From: a virus
DNA: 64,000 nucleotides
Reading direction: 5' to 3' (one strand)
IMG/VR virus record: IMGVR_UViG_3300024981_000009
A program made the position numbers and the translations under genes. Every line of letters starts with the position of its first letter. Within the stretch, counting starts at the first letter, position 1. The notes beneath the pieces are model-generated. The model saw nothing but the letters and a program-made list of their open reading frames with translations. It was not told the DNA's origin and made no database searches. Below, piece by piece: positions 58,001 to 64,000 of this stretch.

Positions 58001-60370
58001 TTGTATACTTATCAAGATTTATATATTTTTCGATGAGATTTAGTTATATAATATTAATACTGTCTATGTATTTATTCAGTTAATTAATGTAATTTTTGAT
58101 AGCTTTTTAATATTCTTTGGTAGATTTCCTTGTTAAAGGAAATCTATTAATTCGGTTTACATCTTTTAAATTTTTATATGTTTGAATTTTTAGACTAGCA
58201 ACACTGTATAGGAACAGTGTTGTCAGTATTTATTTAAAAATATTCCTATTATATTTGTTATATATATTAATTTATTTTTATTATTAAATAAATAAAATAT
58301 TAATAAATAATACAATAATAGATATAGACAGTGTTAATACTATGTAACTGATATTCATTTTAAAATATATGAATTTTTGATAGCTCTTAATGATTGTTGA
58401 TAATGTTTCTCTAAAGAGAAGCATTATCAACCCATTGTATACTTATCAAGACTTATATATTTTTAATGAGATTAGTTGTATCATATTAATACTGTTTATG
58501 TATTTATTCCTTCAATTAATATAATTTTTAGTTACTTTTTGATATCATCTAGTAGATTTCCTCTGACGAGTAAATCCATTAAATCAATCTACATCTTTTA
58601 AATTTTTATACGTCTGAAATTTAGACTAGCGACACTGTATAGGAACAGTCTAGCTAGTATTTATTTAAAAATATTCCTATTATATTTGTATTATATATTA
58701 ATTTATTTTTATTATTAAATAAATAAAATATTAATAAATAATACAATAATAAAGATAGACTATGTTAATACTGTGTAACTGATATTCATTTTAAAATATA
58801 TAATTTTTTAATAGCTCTTAATGATTGTTGATAATGCTTCTCTAAAGAGAAGCATTATCAACCCATTATATACTTATCAAGATTTATATATTTTCAATGA
58901 GATTTAGTTGTTTCATATTATTACTGTCTATATATTTATTCAGTTAATTAATATAATTTCCAATTATTTTTTGATACACTTTGATAGATTTCCTCTGACG
59001 AGGAAATCTATTAATTAGGTCTACATTTTTTAAATTTTTATATGTCTGAAATTTTAGACTATCAACATTGTATAAGAACAGTCTAGCTAGTATTTATTTA
59101 AAAATATTCCTATTATATTTGTTATATATATTAATTTATTTTTATTATTAAATAAATAAAATATTAATAAATAATACAATAATAAAGATAGACTGTGTTA
59201 ATGCTGTGTAACTAATATTCATTTTAAAATATATAATTTTTTGATAGCCCTTAATAACAGTTGATAATGCTTCTCTGAAGAGAAGCATTATCAACACATT
59301 ATATACTTATCAAGATTTATATATTTTTCAATGAGATTTAGTTATATCACATTAAAACTTTCTATGTATTTATTCAATTATTTAATATAATTTTTAACAA
59401 CTTTTTGATATCTTTTAGTGGATTTTCTCTAACGAGAAAATGTGTTAATTAGGACTACATCTTTTAAATTTTAATATATCTGAATTTTTGGACTATCAAC
59501 ATTGTATAGGAACAGTATTGCTAGTATTTATTTAAAAATATTCCTATTATATTTATCATATATATTAATTTATTTTTATTATTAAATAAATAAATTATTA
59601 ATAAATAATACAATAATAGATATAGACAGTGTTAATACTGTGTAACTGATATTCATTTTAAAATATATGAATTCTTGATAGCTCTTAATGATTATTGATA
59701 ATGTTTCTCTTCAGAGAAGTATTATCAACCCATTATATACTTATCAAGATTTATATATTTTCAATGAGATTTAGTTATATCACATTTAAACTCTCTATGT
59801 ATTTATCCATCCAATTGATATAATTTTTAGTTACTTTTTGATATATTTTGGTAGATTTCCTCGTCAGAGGAAATCTTTTAATCCAGTCTACATCTTTTAA
59901 ATTTTTATATGTCTGAAATTTTATACTAGCGACACTGTATAGGAACAGTTTAACTAGTATTTATTTAAAAATATTCCTATTATATTTATTATATATATTA
60001 ATTTAATTTTATTATTAAATAAATAAAATATTAATAAATAATACAATAATAAAGATAGACAGTGTTAATATTATGTAACTGATATTCATTTTAAAATATA
60101 TGAATTCTTGATAGCTCTTAATGATTGTTGATAATGCTTCTCTGAAAAGAAGCATTATCAACCCATTATATACTTATCAAGATTTATATATTTTCAATGA
60201 GTTTTAGTTGTATCACATTAATACTGTCTATATACTTATTAGATTAAATGGTGATAAAATTTACTCCGTTTAGCATTCATTGAGTGATTTTCATGTTTGA
60301 GTAATCTATTAATTCAGTCTACACTTACTAACTTTTACATATCTCAATTTTAAACTAGCTATATGGTGTC
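55085..60370. repeat. Tandem array of 12 copies of the ~433-bp palindromic unit
   Basis: Anchor GTATA(G/A)GAACAG at 55101, 55607, 56040, 56474, 56908, 57340, 57772, 58206, 58637, 59070, 59504 and 59937. Same layout as the 165-2640 array. Confidence 0.97.
55171..55240. mobile_element. 70-bp double-hairpin insertion element flanked by TAT
   Basis: Explains why the first unit is 506 bp rather than 433 bp (70 + 3). TAT lies at 55168-55170 and 55241-55243. Confidence 0.78.
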
Positions 60371-61379
60371 AACCTAATTTTGAAAGTTTATATATCTAAA
60401 TAAGAATAGTTTATTTAATTGTTATCAGTATAATAAAAATAAACTGAATCAATGTAGCATATCTTAATTTTATTCAATTTAATTTAACGTATATCACACC
60501 TTCAAAGTTTACATAATACATGAGACTATTTGGACTGTATTAATTTAGTATACAAAAACATCCAACATTTTGAAATAATAAAAGTGTTACAATACTTATT
60601 ATTATTTCAATTGTTTTATTCCATTTTAATATTTCACATGATTCATGTAAAATCTCTTTTGAAAAAATACTATCCAATTATGTAAAATATTTATATGTTT
60701 TAATTTTTAATATTTTTTATACAAGACAGTACCACATGTACATGGAAGTGCACGTTTAGAACATTGCAATAAATACTTTAGATTTTACCATGGTGATAAT
60801 AATATCGATTTTCAAGTACATACCAATCCCTCATTTTATGCCGTATAAATGAATCTTGTCTCTCTAGGAATTCTGGATTTTTTTTTGAGATCTGTCAAAA
60901 AAGCTGAATTTTGATAAAGTGAAGACGGAATGGGCGTGTCATGAAAGTGCTTAATTTTACACTTTTTGTATAGAGATACAGGAATTTTTTATAATTTTAA
61001 AATTTTTTCTGGAAAATTTCCAGAAAAATTCTAGAAAAATCTGGAGATCTGGAACATTCTAGAAATATTAAAATGTATGTCTAAACTTCCCCAGAAAAAT
61101 GGACACATCCAGTTCTGATTCTAAAGGTGCTGTGAAACACAATCTGCAAAAACACCACTAATAACATATCTGGATGACAATGAATTTCTCTCATAAAAAT
61201 CATCTAAAATTAACATGTTATTACCACGACAGCCAATCAGCTCTACTTTGAAATACATAATTAATCATGTTAAAACAGTCTACTTTATGAAAAAATTTGA
61301 CATGGTGGAGATAATCAAAATTACTATGAAAATATGTATAAACTTAAACACATGAATATGGATATAAATTAGATTAATA

Positions 61380-62950
61380 TAACATAAATTATAATCGATC
61401 TATTTGAATAGACTATAATTGTTATAATTTAAACTGATTCTAATTAAGACTTATTGTGATCATTACTAAACATTCATTTAAATTGATTTATATCATGATT
61501 GATTTAATTGTATATTAATATATTCCTTCTTATGGAAAAACTTTTAATATTAATAGAAATCAGTCTTAAAAATTACATTTTAAAATGAATATCATTTGTT
61601 TTATATCAATACAGTCTATCCAGATTTATTCTATAAATATTCTGATTATATTTCTTTTATATATTAATTTAATTTTTTATATTAATAAATAAAAAAAAAT
61701 ATTAAATATACAATAAATATAATATGTCTATTTGACTAGGCTATAATTGATATAAATTGAACTGAAATAAATTAAGACTGGTTACGATTAATACTAAAAA
61801 TTTATACTTGGAACGATTTTAATCATAATTGATTTAAATATATGTCAATAAGTTTCTTCACGAGAGTAAATTTTTAATGTTAATCAAAAACAGTCTTAAA
61901 AGTTATATTTTAAAATGAATATTATTTGGTTTACACTAATACAGTCTATCTAGATTTATTTCATAAATATTCTGATTATATTCTTTTTATATATTAATTT
62001 AATTTTTTATATTAATATATAAAAAAAATATTAAATATACAATAAATATAATATGTCTATTTGACTAGACTATAATCGATATAAATTGAACTGAAATAAA
62101 TTAAGACTGGTTACGATTAATATTAAAAATTTATATTTGAAATGATTTAAATCATAATTGATTTAAATATATGTCGATAAGTTTCCTTTTATGAAGAAAC
62201 TTTTAGAATTAATCAAAACCAGTCTTAAAAGTTATATTTTAAAATGAATATCATCTAGCTTATATCAACACAGTCTATCTAGATTTATTTCATAAATATT
62301 CTGATTATATTTTTTTTATATATTAATTTAATTTTTTATATTAATATATAAAAAAAATATTAAATATACAATAAATATAATATGTCTATTTGATTAGGTT
62401 ATAATTGATAAAAATTAAACTGAAATAAATTAAGACTGGTTACGATTAATACTAAAAATTTATATTTGGGACGATTTTAATCATAGTAAAAATAACTATA
62501 TATTAATAAGTTTCCTTTTATGAAGAAACTTTTAGAATTAATCAAAGCTAATCTCAAAAGTTATACTTTAAAATAAATATTATCTAGATTATATTAACAT
62601 AGTCTATCTAGATTTACTTCATAAATATTCTTATTATATTTGTTTATTATATTAATTTAATTTTTTATATTAATAAATAAAAAAGTATTAAATATACAAT
62701 ATATATATATAATATATCTATTTGATTGGGCTACAATTGATACAAATTAAATTGATTTGTGTCAAGATTGATTAAGATTAATACTAAAAACTTATATTTA
62801 AAATGATTCAAATCATAATAGAAATAATCTGTATGTCAATAAGTTTTTTTTAATGTGGTAATTTTTAACATTAATCAAAACAAGTCATAAAAACTATCTC
62901 TCTGAATAAATATAATATAAACAGTGTTAACATAATCTAGTTTAAATCTA
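61380..62950. repeat. Tandem array of a ~330-bp unit (~4.5 copies) related to the 433-bp unit
   Basis: Anchor AGTCTATC near 61613, 61943, 62272 and 62601. Shares the AATATTCTGATTATA..ATATTAATTT core. Confidence 0.92.
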
Positions 62951-63654
62951 TTTTAAATCTATTTTAAATAGTATAAATAACAATTGATTCTACAATATGT
63001 TGAAAGACTTTTCAATCTAGTGTTATATCAATCTTGAATATTTACAATCTGGATATAAATCAGTTATACTGTATGAATTTAGTCATTAAATATATCTAAT
63101 TATCTAATACAATAAAATAATTATAGTATATTTAATTATTTATATAATCCATATAAAATTTCTTTTGAAGTAGTATATTCACATTATGTGAAGTATTTAT
63201 TCATATGTAATATAACATTTATTTTTTTCTATACATCATGACATTTTACCTACTTAAAAGTGTTTACTTAAAATATTATATTAGATATGCTTGATTTTAC
63301 CGTTGTGATAACAATGTAATATTTCATATATTTATCACATCCTTATTTTATGCTGTGTAAATGAGCTTTGTATCTCTAGGAATTCTAGTTTTTTCCGAGA
63401 ACATCATAAAAAAACACTAAAATAGCTCTGTGAAGACAGTGTAAACGTGTCGCGGATGCAATCATTTTTATACTTTCTGTATACCTATACATAAATTTTT
63501 TTTAATTAAAAAAAATTCCAGAAAATATATTAATTAAAATATTATTAACATAATATTACAATATTTACTCACTAGATTGAATATATATTATATTCAATCA
63601 TATGAATTTTACAATAATACATTTGTTCAGAATAATTATCATGTCTTGATATTA

Positions 63655-64000
63655 ATGCTGGTACCTCTTCTTTACTTCAATCAAATTGTCAAAAATTGCG
63701 TACTCGGGCTCTTGTTTACTTCAGTTAAATTGTTAAAAATCGCATACCATAGCTCTTGTTTACTTCGATTAAATTATTTAAAATTTAAGTGCTGTACCTC
63801 TTGTTTATTTCAGTTAAATTGTTTAAAATTTACGTACTGTACCTCTTGTTTATTTCAATTAAATTATTAAAAAATCGCGTACCCTACCTCTTGTTTACTT
63901 TAGTTAAATTATTTAAAAATTACGTATCCGAGCTCTTGTTTATTTCGGTTAAATTATTTAAAATTTACGTACTGTATCTCTTGTTTATCTCGATTAAATT
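63655..64000. repeat. Tandem array of a 44-45-bp unit, running off the window end
   Basis: CTCTT(G/C)TTTA at 63665, 63709, 63753, 63798, 63843, 63888, 63933 and 63978. Confidence 0.92.

Overview
A very AT-rich window that is most consistent with a giant dsDNA virus (Nucleocytoviricota, probably Pithoviridae/Orpheovirus-like). The evidence is ankyrin proteins, kinase-cyclin fusions, collagen fibres with S74 chaperones, AlkB, NUDIX, AAAATTGA promoter motifs, short 3' hairpins after genes and large non-coding palindromic repeat arrays. This taxonomy is inferred, because no core marker gene lies in the window. A gene block (~3-54.6 kb) is bracketed by two arrays of a ~433-bp palindromic unit, and there are further 75-, 330- and 45-bp arrays. 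The block holds a tandem family of 10 beta-rich/BTB-like genes plus one fragment, interrupted by a disrupted Fanzor/TnpB-like RuvC nuclease whose 3' flank is a fragment of that same family. The most unusual signals are non-coding. (i) The array palindromes stay perfect while their arms change and their loops invert between copies. (ii) A ~70-bp double-hairpin element flanked by TAT duplications and a ~60-bp double-hairpin element appear to be mobile, and one copy of the latter breaks the Fanzor zinc finger. (iii) Four related, covarying long stem-loops with CGA-C(C)-GNNA-G(G)-GAG-type tips occur in tandem pairs. All protein calls come from motif recognition by eye, and no searches were run.
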